Positions 47,060-56,560 of a DNA stretch of 64,000 bases are shown piece by piece. The DNA is taken from positions 22,043 to 86,042 of the forward strand of contig JAQUOV010000009.1 of NCBI GenBank assembly GCA_028716965.1, given 5' to 3'. Position numbers and translations under genes: made by a program. The notes under the pieces are model-generated. The model made no database searches. It saw only the letters and a list, made by a program, of their open reading frames with translations, and had not been told where the DNA came from. The stretch is from Candidatus Omnitrophota bacterium. GTDB lineage: Bacteria > Omnitrophota > Gorgyraeia > Gygaellales > Profunditerraquicolaceae. Numbering within the stretch: the stretch's first letter is position 1; every line of letters starts with the position of its first letter.

Positions 47060-47689
47060 TTACTTCTCTTTTTTTGCCACGAGGACAGTTTGGCAGCTGC
47101 CATAATAACTCTTTACGCTGAAGCCGAGTTTCTTAAGCAACCTTCCTGCCGAGCTTAACGGCATTTTAGAAGCATGATGTTTATGCCCCTCTAAACCATG
47201 CACTCTCTGCATTACACGCTGGCCTTTTCTGTTCAAATCTGCAATTACCAGTTTTTCCTTAGTTACCCTGGCCATCTCCTTGATGCATTTAACCGGATTC
47301 TTGGCATGATGGATAAAATTTACCGAAATCACGTTATTAAAATACCGGTCAGCATAGCCTAATTTTTCGGCGTCCATTATCTTAAATGAGGCGAATTTAT
47401 CCAGCTTCACTGCCTTGAGGTTGGCTCTGGCGGTATTTTGAGCCTGCTTGTCCAGGTCAATCGAAACAAACCTGAATCCCCTCTTTGCCAAAGCTAATGC
47501 CATATGCCCCCTGCCGGTGCCGATCTCAAGCGTCCTCGCCTTGCCAAGCCCGGCTTTAGCAAGAATAAAATCCCTGGCTTTAGGGACATCATAGCCGTAT
47601 TGCTTAAAAAGCTTTATTTTCTCCTGATCCTGCCTTAAAAGGCTGTTCATTTGATCTTCCATCTCCTCAAAATCGACATCATCGGGCAC
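47060..47689 (-). CDS. Class I SAM-dependent methyltransferase
   Basis: Motif I LEIGTGRGHMALALA, plus post-I (D-loop) and motif II-like segments. Confidence 0.7.
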   Translation of the reverse strand: MPDDVDFEEMEDQMNSLLRQDQEKIKLFKQYGYDVPKARDFILAKAGLGKARTLEIGTGRGHMALALAKRGFRFVSIDLDKQAQNTARANLKAVKLDKFASFKIMDAEKLGYADRYFNNVISVNFIHHAKNPVKCIKEMARVTKEKLVIADLNRKGQRVMQRVHGLEGHKHHASKMPLSSAGRLLKKLGFSVKSYYGSCQTVLVAKKEK

Positions 47690-47838
47690 CAGTTCGTAAA
47701 CGCCGACTGGAAAAGATTGATCCCCACGAATGCCGTAAAAAACAACCAGCGCAGGTCAACATAATGCGCAAGCAGCAGGCTAACAATAATAAAGAACCCC
47801 GATATACCCCGTAATATTCTTTCCATATCAATCTCCTC

Positions 47839-49119
47839 CTAAAAACTGTACCTAAGCCGCACAAACGCATTCTTATTTTTTTTCATCATCCCGAAATCGG
47901 TAATCATATCTTCACCCCATGGGATATTGACTCCAAAGGTCAGTTTCCACTGGTCGGTAATATCATATGCGCATGAAGCGCGCAGATAACCATCCTTATC
48001 GGAAGGCGACCAGAAATTAAACAGCCCCAGCATCACAGTCTGGTTCTTAAACAGTTTTGTGACCCGTTGAGTCAAAAGGTGGCGATATTCATCCCAGCAA
48101 TAATCCCCGGTAACCAATGCTGACCGATAATCTGAATAATTAAGCTTCTGCTCATAAAGATACTGCAAGCCGATCTTCAGATCATTACCCATATCCTTTT
48201 CATAGCCAACCAGCAACTTTAACAGGGAGTTTTCAATAAGCCGGTTATCTCCGTTGGGGTCCTGGCGCGAACGGTAATACCCCATCTCTACATTGCCTAT
48301 ACCTGAAGCAAATGGCCCGCGCAGACTGGCACCGTAAGCGTCCAAGCGCTCGTAAAAAAGCTGTAAGTTGGCTTCGTCCAAATAGCTGCGCGGCGACGGG
48401 TCAAACCCGCGGTAATAATATAAGGCGCCTTCCGTGCTGTCAAAATTCCGGTATAGCCGTAATGCGTACTGCATGTTTTTTGCCTTAAATGCCGGCTTGA
48501 CCGCGTTACGCCGGCTATCTCTGCCCACAATACCGCCCTGAAAACTGTCAAAGAAAGAAAGCCGGTCTCCGTCCGGCATGGTATTCGGGGTAAAATCGGG
48601 GATAAGCACGAAATCAATATTCACCATTTTAGGATAAAGCGATACACGCAAGGCATCGGAAGGCTCTTTCAAATACTCATCATCCCTGCCGATATAGAAA
48701 GAGACGTAATCCTTAGGGAAAAAATCATTGATAAAAATATAATCGCCCGTACCCCAGGTCAAAATCTGCCGGCCGGCCTTAATATCCATGATATTGGTTG
48801 GGCTAAAAGCAAGGTTAAGCTCGCGCAGATCAAAAGAGCCGGTGGTATCAAAATACTCATCCAGGAGAAAATCCCCTTTATAGGTAAGCACCCCGTTCCA
48901 TTGGGATATAATGTTTGCGCCGGGGATGGGGTAGCGGGTCTTAAGCTGCAGGCGCTGCTCAAGCATATTATAATCCCTGTGCTTGGTCAGCGTATCATGG
49001 CTGATCCTGTATCCGTATGCCTGCTCAGCGAAACCGTGCCATTCAGGCAGCTCTATAGCCTGCGCAGAAGAAACGAAGATAAATAGTATCGATAAACCTA
49101 TAAAAAATATACGTTTCAA
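47839..49119 (-). CDS. Outer-membrane beta-barrel protein (DUF1302-like) associated with the MMPL exporter
   Basis: Signal peptide, beta-strand periodicity, C-terminal …RLRYSF. Confidence 0.5.
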   Translation of the reverse strand: MKRIFFIGLSILFIFVSSAQAIELPEWHGFAEQAYGYRISHDTLTKHRDYNMLEQRLQLKTRYPIPGANIISQWNGVLTYKGDFLLDEYFDTTGSFDLRELNLAFSPTNIMDIKAGRQILTWGTGDYIFINDFFPKDYVSFYIGRDDEYLKEPSDALRVSLYPKMVNIDFVLIPDFTPNTMPDGDRLSFFDSFQGGIVGRDSRRNAVKPAFKAKNMQYALRLYRNFDSTEGALYYYRGFDPSPRSYLDEANLQLFYERLDAYGASLRGPFASGIGNVEMGYYRSRQDPNGDNRLIENSLLKLLVGYEKDMGNDLKIGLQYLYEQKLNYSDYRSALVTGDYCWDEYRHLLTQRVTKLFKNQTVMLGLFNFWSPSDKDGYLRASCAYDITDQWKLTFGVNIPWGEDMITDFGMMKKNKNAFVRLRYSF

Positions 49120-49123
49120 ATCT

Positions 49124-49963
49124 TTACTCTTTCAGCCATTGCTGCGGCGGGTTACGCAGGAAACGTTCGGTGAATATACTATCATTTAAGCCTATATTGT
49201 AAGATATATCGCTAAACTCCGTAACGGTATCGGAGTTTGAGTTTAAATCCATGGCCTTCATCCTGGTAACAGTAGGATAATTCTGGATATCCTTTACTTC
49301 AAGGGCTTCAATAGTACGGTAAGGCTTGCCTGTTTTATCAAAATACTCTGCCCTCATCGGGACAAAGTTATTCCTGTCAATCTTGACCGTATAATACGAA
49401 AACTCAACTAATGCCGCGTCCTTAGGCGTATTCTTTACGGTGTAGTAAGCTGGGTCGCTGGCAATCAACTCATGCTCATCCAGGTCTATGGACCTGCCGG
49501 ATATATCCTCGTACAAAAATGTAGTGCCGACAAAACTTGAGCGTTTATCAGAAGCGGCGATACGGCGCACCAGGTCCATAGCCGGTAGATATAGCCAACG
49601 GTCATCATCCTTACCCACATGCTTCCAGACTATATAACTCATTCCTTTAACGTCATTTGGCTTATGGAAATACACGTAATATTTCTGGTCTCCCCCTGCT
49701 TTAAGGTTAAGTTTTAAGATCGTCAACTGGCGCTCTCGCTTGCGGCCCTGCGCGTCAGTTACTACCATCTTTGCCTTGGCCCTTCCCTCCTTACCCTGGT
49801 AATAAGAAGCATTGTTTGCCTTGCTGACGATCTCATCAACGCTTAGCTCCTGGGCCCAGGAGTAAGCGGCAAAAAATAGCACTGCTAAAAAAACTAATAA
49901 TTTTCTCATCTTCCCTCCTTTAATTTCAGGTACCATCTTTACATGTTTTCTGCCGCGAAACAA
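49124..49963 (-). CDS. LolA-like outer-membrane lipoprotein-sorting family protein (MMPL-associated)
   Basis: Secreted protein of about 280 aa. This fold family typically sits next to MMPL/HpnN-type RND exporters. It overlaps the MMPL gene by 38 nt. Confidence 0.5.
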   Translation of the reverse strand: MFRGRKHVKMVPEIKGGKMRKLLVFLAVLFFAAYSWAQELSVDEIVSKANNASYYQGKEGRAKAKMVVTDAQGRKRERQLTILKLNLKAGGDQKYYVYFHKPNDVKGMSYIVWKHVGKDDDRWLYLPAMDLVRRIAASDKRSSFVGTTFLYEDISGRSIDLDEHELIASDPAYYTVKNTPKDAALVEFSYYTVKIDRNNFVPMRAEYFDKTGKPYRTIEALEVKDIQNYPTVTRMKAMDLNSNSDTVTEFSDISYNIGLNDSIFTERFLRNPPQQWLKE

Positions 49964-52436
49964 GCCAGCAGGTCCCGGACAAAACCGCTATAACTGCCAC
50001 GCAGATTATCGTCGTTAGATTAAGGCGGGCCAATTTATATCCTAAAAGTATATATGCCACCGTAGAAGCAATAATAATTGACATCAATATACATTTCCCG
50101 CATGAACAAACAGCTTTGACCTTTGTTTCTTCAAATACCAGCCAGGGGAAACCCGTAATAAGGGCAGGCAGTATCATAAGGGTAGCGATGCTGGCCACCA
50201 GCATAATCGCAAACATAAAGAAACCCACCGTATTATACGGAACAAGCGGCGAGGCAAAAAGCGGCAGGAAGCCAATAGAGATCACCAGCGCGTTTTTAAT
50301 CAGCGCCCTTGCCGGCGAACCAAACATCTCCTGGGCAGTTTTAGGCCAGCTTTTATTTTCCGCATAGAACATGCGCGAGCGCTCGATAAAATGGACGGCA
50401 AAATCAACCGCAAGGCCCAATGTCAAGGCTGATAATACTGCAACCGGCATATCATATTCCTTGCCCGTAAAACCAAGCAGGCTGTAAATAAACAAAATTG
50501 TAACCGTAAGCGGCAGCATAGACAGAAGCCCGGTAACCGGGGACTTAAAAAGTACGGTCATCATGAATAGGACGATGATGAAACTGCCGAGAAAATTTAT
50601 CAACATGCCGCCTACCATCTTATTCTGCCATACCATATTGATATACGTCAAGCCGGCCCAGTTATACGATAAGGCAAACGGCGCGGGGTTCATCTTGAAA
50701 AACTTATCAACCTGCCTTACTACCTCCGACATCTGCTGATTATCTCCCGAAGGCAGCTGCAGCCAGATATTTGCCCTGGAATAATCCGGATTAACGAAAT
50801 GCCATAGGTCATCGGGTTTATGCGAGTTCTCAAAGGATATCAGCGTCTGCGCCACTGCCTGAGGCGTAGGAGGTATTACCTTATTCTTTTTAGTTCCCCC
50901 CAGAAGCTCATAATAAACCTTTCTGGTGACATCCGCTAAAGAAGTGGACTTGCCCACGCTGCCCTTTTCAAACAAATACCCCTGCAGGCCCTGGATGTAG
51001 CGCAGCATCTGCGGCTCCAGGAAGACCTGCGCGTCTTTATCTTTGGCCTCAAGCACCAGATAAACGCTATAGGTGCCGCCGAAATGTTTATTGAGCACTT
51101 TATCGGCAACCCTGATCGGATGTTTCCGGTTAAACCACCTGGTAGGGTTATCATTGATATGTATGCGGGTAATGCCGTAAATAGAAAGGGCGATCAGCGC
51201 AACAGAAGCGAATAAGACCTGTTTCCAGCGTAAAACCGTAAATCTTCCCCAGGCAGCCAGCGAGCGGCTTAGACGCCCCTTACCTATATCATCTTCATGC
51301 ACCCCGAAACTACCCATCTTCTTCTCATCAAGAAGCGCGATATAAGCAGGTATCATCAATACTGTAAGCACCCAGGCCAGGGCAACGCCGAATGCCACTG
51401 CGATGCCGAATACCTGCACAGGAGGTATCGGCGCAAAAGAAAGCGAGAAAAAACCGGCAACCGTGGTCAAAGAGGTAAATAGGTTCGGACGGTAGAGCTC
51501 ATTAAGTACATAAGAGATGGTTTTATTCTTGTCCTTGAATGTGCGGTATTTCTCAAAGAATTCATTCAAAATATGGATGGAATCAAGCACGGATATGGGC
51601 AGGAGGAATATAGGTATCATGGAGCTCATAATATGTATGGGAAAACCCAACCACACCAAAAGGCCCATGGTGATAATAACCACAATTATTGCCATGACCA
51701 ACGGCATGATTACCAGCGCCACGTGCTTGAAGAACCACCACATGAGCAGAAATATTACCAAAACTGCCAAAGGAGCCGAAATACCCATTTGCCAGAACAT
51801 CTCAACCCCAAAGGCATCCTCGGCTAAAGGCAGGCCGGTAAGATAATACTGCTCGTCTCCGGAATACTCTTTGAGAACTTTCTGGATTGATCTTGCCACA
51901 CGGTAACTAAGTTTTTTCGCTTTAATCGGGACATAAATACACAGTGCCTTGCCGTCGCCAGAGATAAGCGTGTCGTAAAACAACGGGTTTTCTAAAGCGC
52001 GTGTTTTAATGCGTAAAGCATCAGCTGAAGTATACGGGGGCTCCCCCATCAACCAACGGAAACTAATTGCCCCCGGCCCAGCCTGTTCTATATCATCTTT
52101 ATTTGCCAGGCTCATCAATTCATACCCAATAACACCGTCTATTTTCTTTACCTGGCCGGCAATCTTATATATCTTCTCCAGGGTCTCCGGGTTAAATACG
52201 CCGTTAGGGTCTTTTTCATTAACCACCCCTAATACAACATAATCATAAATAGTAAACTCTTTCTTGACCTCATGATTGAAGACACGGACAAACTCTTTTT
52301 CAGGGAGCATATTTTCGGGATCAGTATCCACTTTTACCCGGGTAAATGCCGCCAGCGATGCCAATACTAATAGCAGAATAATAGAAAATATAAGCTTTGG
52401 TCTCTTTAGGGCAAATGCCACAAGTTTATCGATCAT
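49926..52436 (-). CDS. RND-superfamily exporter of the MMPL/HpnN type (two 6-TM sterol-sensing-like halves with periplasmic domains)
   Basis: 836 aa with a 12-TM duplicated topology and two large periplasmic loops. Confidence 0.8.
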   Translation of the reverse strand: MIDKLVAFALKRPKLIFSIILLLVLASLAAFTRVKVDTDPENMLPEKEFVRVFNHEVKKEFTIYDYVVLGVVNEKDPNGVFNPETLEKIYKIAGQVKKIDGVIGYELMSLANKDDIEQAGPGAISFRWLMGEPPYTSADALRIKTRALENPLFYDTLISGDGKALCIYVPIKAKKLSYRVARSIQKVLKEYSGDEQYYLTGLPLAEDAFGVEMFWQMGISAPLAVLVIFLLMWWFFKHVALVIMPLVMAIIVVIITMGLLVWLGFPIHIMSSMIPIFLLPISVLDSIHILNEFFEKYRTFKDKNKTISYVLNELYRPNLFTSLTTVAGFFSLSFAPIPPVQVFGIAVAFGVALAWVLTVLMIPAYIALLDEKKMGSFGVHEDDIGKGRLSRSLAAWGRFTVLRWKQVLFASVALIALSIYGITRIHINDNPTRWFNRKHPIRVADKVLNKHFGGTYSVYLVLEAKDKDAQVFLEPQMLRYIQGLQGYLFEKGSVGKSTSLADVTRKVYYELLGGTKKNKVIPPTPQAVAQTLISFENSHKPDDLWHFVNPDYSRANIWLQLPSGDNQQMSEVVRQVDKFFKMNPAPFALSYNWAGLTYINMVWQNKMVGGMLINFLGSFIIVLFMMTVLFKSPVTGLLSMLPLTVTILFIYSLLGFTGKEYDMPVAVLSALTLGLAVDFAVHFIERSRMFYAENKSWPKTAQEMFGSPARALIKNALVISIGFLPLFASPLVPYNTVGFFMFAIMLVASIATLMILPALITGFPWLVFEETKVKAVCSCGKCILMSIIIASTVAYILLGYKLARLNLTTIICVAVIAVLSGTCWLVSRQKTCKDGT

Positions 52437-52480
52437 TCTTTGTCTCCTTCAAAAAAATCTGCTTTTTTATAAATCATTCG

Positions 52481-52816
52481 TTATTTTTTATGTTTTATTT
52501 TTGCAACCGTATATGTCCCGCCGCCTATCCGGATGGCCTTGCCGCAAAAAAGCGCCTCGGCTACTTTTTTGCGGGCGGATTCAATGATATTGCCGAAGGT
52601 CTGGCGGGAAATACCCATCTTCTTTGCCGCATCCGCCTGGTACATCCCCTGGCGGTCGGCAAAACACATTGCCTCGCACTCATCAATAGTCAAAACCAGC
52701 TCTTCCAGCAAAGCCAGAGGTATCCCCTTAGGCTTAAAATATCTTACCTTAGGTTCCCCCCTGACACAACGGCATTTTCTCGGCCGGCCGCGATCCCTTT
52801 TCATATTTTTTAGCAT
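52481..52816 (-). CDS. DUF134 / UPF0251-family predicted DNA-binding protein (paralog 2)
   Basis: 111 aa, …MKRDRGRPRKCRCVRGEPKVRYFKPKGIPL…TIDECEAMCFADRQGMYQADAAKKMGISRQTFGNIIESARKKVAEALFCGKAIRIGGG. Collinear with paralog 1. Confidence 0.8.
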   Translation of the reverse strand: MLKNMKRDRGRPRKCRCVRGEPKVRYFKPKGIPLALLEELVLTIDECEAMCFADRQGMYQADAAKKMGISRQTFGNIIESARKKVAEALFCGKAIRIGGGTYTVAKIKHKK

Positions 52817-52851
52817 ATGCTAATAATATAACAGAGAGATCTATTTGTCAA
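52810..52851 (-). promoter_or_regulatory. Sigma70-like promoter TTGACA-17-TATTAT with palindrome TTAGCATATGCTAA overlapping the -10, transcription start and start codon of DUF134 #2
   Basis: On the minus strand, -35 at 52846-52851, -10 at 52823-52828 and the palindrome at 52810-52823. The predicted transcript would be leaderless or nearly so. Confidence 0.5.
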
Positions 52852-52909
52852 TAGATTATTGCGTATTTATTTTATGAGTCAACAGAAGAACGATCTTTCC
52901 AGGCAGATA

Positions 52910-52972
52910 AAACGGCTATGACCGCTGTTTAGGTCATAGCCGTTAGGTTAACCCCGTAAGCCACGGGGTAAT
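52910..52972 (-). terminator. Two perfect hairpins downstream of hflC (12-bp stem AACGGCUAUGAC/GUCAUAGCCGUU; 7-bp stem ACCCCGU/ACGGGGU)
   Basis: Perfect inverted repeats with a weak U-tract. Probable hflKC terminators or an RNA-stability element. Confidence 0.4.
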
Positions 52973-52982
52973 TAGGCAAGAT

Positions 52983-53942
52983 TTATTTCACAGCATCCAG
53001 TGATTTAATATATTTGTAATAATCGCTGTCCGTTGTCAGGATCACCGTGGATTTGGCGTCAATGGTATGCTTATAAGTCTCAAGGGTCTTCATAAAGGAA
53101 TAAAAATCGGGGTTCTGGCTGTATGCGGCAGCGTATATGTTGATCGCCTCGGCATCCGCCTTACCGGTAATAATCTGCGCCTGCCGGTAAGCCTCCGAAG
53201 TAATCGCCTTTAATTCTTTGGCTACCTGCCCTTCTATTTCGGCAGATTTGCCCTGCCCCTCGGAACGGTATTTCTCCGCGGCGCGCTTTCTTTCGGCGAT
53301 CATACGGTCATAGACTTTATTACGCACGTCCTCCACGTAATTTATGCGTTTGATGCGCACATCAATGATCTCAATGCCGTATTGGGGGGCAAGCACCTTT
53401 GCCTTCTCTAAAATGACCCCCTCCAGCATTTTCCTGCCTACTTCAATGTGTTCCAGCGCCTCATCCGTAACGATCATATCCTCGCCATCTACCCTGGACT
53501 CCAGGATACGGTTAGAATCCCTCACCGCTTCTACCAGGAGATGACTGGTGATAACGTCACGGGTGGCGGAATTGATGATATCATCGAGCCTGCCCTGGGC
53601 GCTCATTTCGTTGCCTACCGACTGCAGGAATTTCAAGGCGTCAACGATCTTCCAGCGGGCGGTAGCATCCACCCAGATATATTTTTTGTCTTTAGTAGGT
53701 ATCTGGTTGGGGTCGCCGTCCCAATCCAGGAGCCTTTTGTCAAAATAATGCGCCTGTTGAATTAACGGCTGTTTGAAATGCAGGCCCGCCGAGGTAATCG
53801 GATCGCCCACCGGCCTTCCGAATTGCGTAATCACCGCCTGCTGCCCTTCACTGATTATATATACAGCGCCGAAGGCAAAAGAAGCGCCTACAACAATGAA
53901 TAGTACGGCAAAAATAGTGATCGTCAAACGTAACGCTTTCAT
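52983..53942 (-). CDS. hflC: HflC (SPFH/band-7 protease modulator)
   Basis: N-terminal TM, SPFH domain, and a C-terminal …NPDFYSFMKTLETY…DSDYYKYIK signature shared with HflC. Confidence 0.85.
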   Translation of the reverse strand: MKALRLTITIFAVLFIVVGASFAFGAVYIISEGQQAVITQFGRPVGDPITSAGLHFKQPLIQQAHYFDKRLLDWDGDPNQIPTKDKKYIWVDATARWKIVDALKFLQSVGNEMSAQGRLDDIINSATRDVITSHLLVEAVRDSNRILESRVDGEDMIVTDEALEHIEVGRKMLEGVILEKAKVLAPQYGIEIIDVRIKRINYVEDVRNKVYDRMIAERKRAAEKYRSEGQGKSAEIEGQVAKELKAITSEAYRQAQIITGKADAEAINIYAAAYSQNPDFYSFMKTLETYKHTIDAKSTVILTTDSDYYKYIKSLDAVK

Positions 53943-53944
53943 TA

Positions 53945-54940
53945 TTACTGCCCTCCTTTTCTGCCAATATCCAAAAGAGGTAAAATCGATTTCTGCTGCG
54001 GATCGATTATGTATTTCTCTTTTGCATTGGGGAGCACCTGCATGAGGGTCTCCAGGTAAAGCCTCTTCTTGGTTATATCCGGCGCCTTACTATATTCTTT
54101 TAACGTGGCAAGGAACCTTTCGGATTCTCCTTTTGCGCGGTTTATTTTATCCGTAGCATACCCCTCCGCCTCGCGGATAGTCTTTTCCGCCTCTCCCCTG
54201 GCCCTGGGCACAACCTTATTGTAAGCCTCCCAGGCCTGGTTGATCATCTTTTCTTTTTCCTGCTTGGCCTCATTTACCTCATTAAACGCCGGTTTTACTT
54301 TTTCGGGAGGGTTGACATCTAAAAGCTTGACCGTAACTATCTGTACCCCCACTTCATACATATCAAGTATGCGCTGTATCTCCTGCTGCGCCAGGTCATC
54401 TATCTCTTCTCTTTTGGTAGTAAGGACCTCATCTACGGAATAATCCCCGACAAAACGCCGCATAACTACTTCGGAGATATCGTGGATATTGTCTTCCGGC
54501 CGGCGCGTAGCAAAAAGCAATTTTACCGGGTCTTTTATCTTAAACTGCACTATCCAGCGCACGTCAAGGATATTCAGGTCTCCGGTAAGCATCAGGGATT
54601 CATCCTGATAATTAACCGAAGAGTATTTTGTCCTTACCCCCGGCTCTATGGTTTTAAACCCGTATTCCTCCTTAAAAACCTTTTCCACCTTAATCGGCGT
54701 CACTTTGTCTATTCCAAATGGTATTTTTGCATGCAGGCCGGGAGAGCTTAAACCGATGAACTTTCCGAACCTCTGGATCACGCCCACCTCATCCGGGCCG
54801 ATGGAATAGATTAAATCCCGCAAACCGAACAGGATAAACAAAACAATCACCGCAACGGGGATCCACTTAGAGTAACCCGCAAATTTCTTCCTGCCCACAT
54901 CAATTATATCTTCGGGGCTTGGGACATTTTGCCATTCCAT
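53945..54940 (-). CDS. hflK: HflK (SPFH/band-7 protease modulator)
   Basis: N-terminal TM, SPFH domain, coiled-coil C-terminus. It lies immediately upstream of hflC. Confidence 0.85.
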   Translation of the reverse strand: MEWQNVPSPEDIIDVGRKKFAGYSKWIPVAVIVLFILFGLRDLIYSIGPDEVGVIQRFGKFIGLSSPGLHAKIPFGIDKVTPIKVEKVFKEEYGFKTIEPGVRTKYSSVNYQDESLMLTGDLNILDVRWIVQFKIKDPVKLLFATRRPEDNIHDISEVVMRRFVGDYSVDEVLTTKREEIDDLAQQEIQRILDMYEVGVQIVTVKLLDVNPPEKVKPAFNEVNEAKQEKEKMINQAWEAYNKVVPRARGEAEKTIREAEGYATDKINRAKGESERFLATLKEYSKAPDITKKRLYLETLMQVLPNAKEKYIIDPQQKSILPLLDIGRKGGQ

Positions 54941-54969
54941 AAGGGCTCCTTTCCTCTTAAGAAACTAAT

Positions 54970-55002
54970 AAAAAACCGCCTTCTACCTTCGTAGATGGCG
55001 GC
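54970..55002 (-). terminator. Intrinsic terminator (GCCGCCAUCUAC…GUAGAAGGCGG plus U6) located 30 nt upstream of the hflK start and downstream of the 14-codon upstream ORF
   Basis: The stem has one mismatch and is followed by UUUUUU. It also serves as the terminator for the GT4 gene. Confidence 0.5.
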
Positions 55003-55020
55003 CCGACCATCAGATTGCCT

Positions 55021-55065
55021 TCAGAAATACAAATTATCTCTGAACCCAAAATATTTTATTTTCAT
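55021..55065 (-). CDS. Candidate 14-aa leader peptide MKIKYFGFRDNLYF with an AAGAGGAG RBS
   Basis: ATG at 55063-55065 preceded by AAGAGGAG. 5 of 14 residues are Phe or Tyr. It sits between a sigma70-like promoter and the terminator. Confidence 0.3.
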   Translation of the reverse strand: MKIKYFGFRDNLYF

Positions 55066-55079
55066 CTCCTCTTAAGCTT

Positions 55080-55107
55080 ATAGTAATAAATTTTATATTA
55101 TTGTCAA
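55080..55107 (-). promoter_or_regulatory. Sigma70-like promoter TTGACA-16-TACTAT driving the upstream ORF and hflKC leader
   Basis: On the minus strand, -35 at 55102-55107 and -10 at 55080-55085. Confidence 0.4.
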
Positions 55108-55147
55108 GGATAATCGAGAATTTATTCCGCCGCCGGTTAAGCCGCTT

Positions 55148-56254
55148 CTAATCGCAGAGGAGCCTGCGCAGGTCTTTCTTAAGCATATTGCGGCTGAGGA
55201 ATTTATTGGCGACTGCCTTTGCCTTCCTGCTCAACTCCGCCCTCAACGAAGGGCATTTAATCAACCTTTCATACTTGGCGGGAAAATCCCCTTCTTTGGC
55301 GTTAAAGAACATCGCGGAATTCTTAAATTTTTCAAATACGGGCAGGAAGTTAAGCAGGAGAGCGTTATTGCAGAGCGCGCTCTCATGGGTGCTCAAAGAG
55401 AAGGATTCGCTTAACGAGCTGTTGATATAAATATTGCTTAAATAATAATACTGGAACAACTCATTTTTATCCACATATTTCATATAGAAAAACTGCCGGG
55501 GAAATTTCCTGCATATACGCAATAACTTCAGGTAAAGGTCTTTTTCCAGAGACTTACCTATAAATACAACCTTTAGATGCCGGTATTTTGCAAGGATCCG
55601 CGGCACCTCCTTGAGCAGGATATGCGCGCCTTTTATCCTTTCCAGGCGGCCGACATAAAGGGACACCACGTCGCCCCGGATGATCCCAAGCCTTTTCTTT
55701 ATCTCGCCGATCCTGCGCTTATCCGCAGGGTAACTTTCAATCGTATTCTCGATTACCGATACTTTATCGATAAACAAAGGGAAATACCTGCTGAAATTGT
55801 CATATTCGTATAGAGAAGGGCAGACTATCTTATCGGCTAAACCGATCATTTTTTCCTGCCTTAATAAAAAGTGGTTCAGGGTACGGAATCCTGAATCCTT
55901 TTCCCTCCTCAATATGCTGTGGAAGTGATATATTATCTTTGGCCGACGGCCTTTGCGGGATTTGATCTTTTTCAGCTCGCAGGTCCAGTTTACAAAATGG
56001 TGGATTATAAACTCAAATTTACTCCAATCGTGTTCGTTTAAGAATGCCCCCAGGCTCCGGTAAACCTTCAACGAATCATCCGGTAAAAACAGCTCGACAG
56101 GGTGTTTCCTGCTGAACTCCGGGCTGATTAAGACGTACACTTCATACCCTAAACCAAGCAAGGACTTCCGGCTGCGCTCGACGATCTGCCCCACGCCGCC
56201 GCAATACGCCTTTCCGATTGGGTATTCAAATGAAATAAGCAATATTTTCTTCAT
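55148..56254 (-). CDS. GT4-family (retaining) glycosyltransferase
   Basis: 368 aa with a C-terminal EX7E motif (ESFSLSTHE) and a GT-B fold pattern. Confidence 0.7.
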   Translation of the reverse strand: MKKILLISFEYPIGKAYCGGVGQIVERSRKSLLGLGYEVYVLISPEFSRKHPVELFLPDDSLKVYRSLGAFLNEHDWSKFEFIIHHFVNWTCELKKIKSRKGRRPKIIYHFHSILRREKDSGFRTLNHFLLRQEKMIGLADKIVCPSLYEYDNFSRYFPLFIDKVSVIENTIESYPADKRRIGEIKKRLGIIRGDVVSLYVGRLERIKGAHILLKEVPRILAKYRHLKVVFIGKSLEKDLYLKLLRICRKFPRQFFYMKYVDKNELFQYYYLSNIYINSSLSESFSLSTHESALCNNALLLNFLPVFEKFKNSAMFFNAKEGDFPAKYERLIKCPSLRAELSRKAKAVANKFLSRNMLKKDLRRLLCD

Positions 56255-56379
56255 AAGAAATATATCCTTTAAGAATTAAGAACCTGCTTGCTGCAAATTT
56301 GAGTGCTTTTCTTTGGGAAACAAGAGGAAAAAGCTAAGTGCAGAATAAAGCTGGCTAACTTAAAACTAAACTTGTTTTT

Positions 56380-56407
56380 ATTCTAACACATATTCTTTTA
56401 ATTGCAA
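56380..56407 (-). promoter_or_regulatory. Sigma70-like promoter TTGCAA-16-TAGAAT upstream of the GT4 gene, with a 5' UTR of about 120 nt
   Basis: On the minus strand, -35 at 56402-56407 and -10 at 56380-56385. Confidence 0.35.
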
Positions 56408-56560
56408 ATCTTTTAAAGCGCTGCCCCTTAATAGTCCATATATTTTGATTGTCTTTTTTGATCCGGTAAAAACCAAGATACCTTTTGCCAAAATGCAGCT
56501 GGAACCAGGCGCTTCAACTGCTGAAAAGAAAGATGGGCTATGGATATAGAAAAAATGGCC

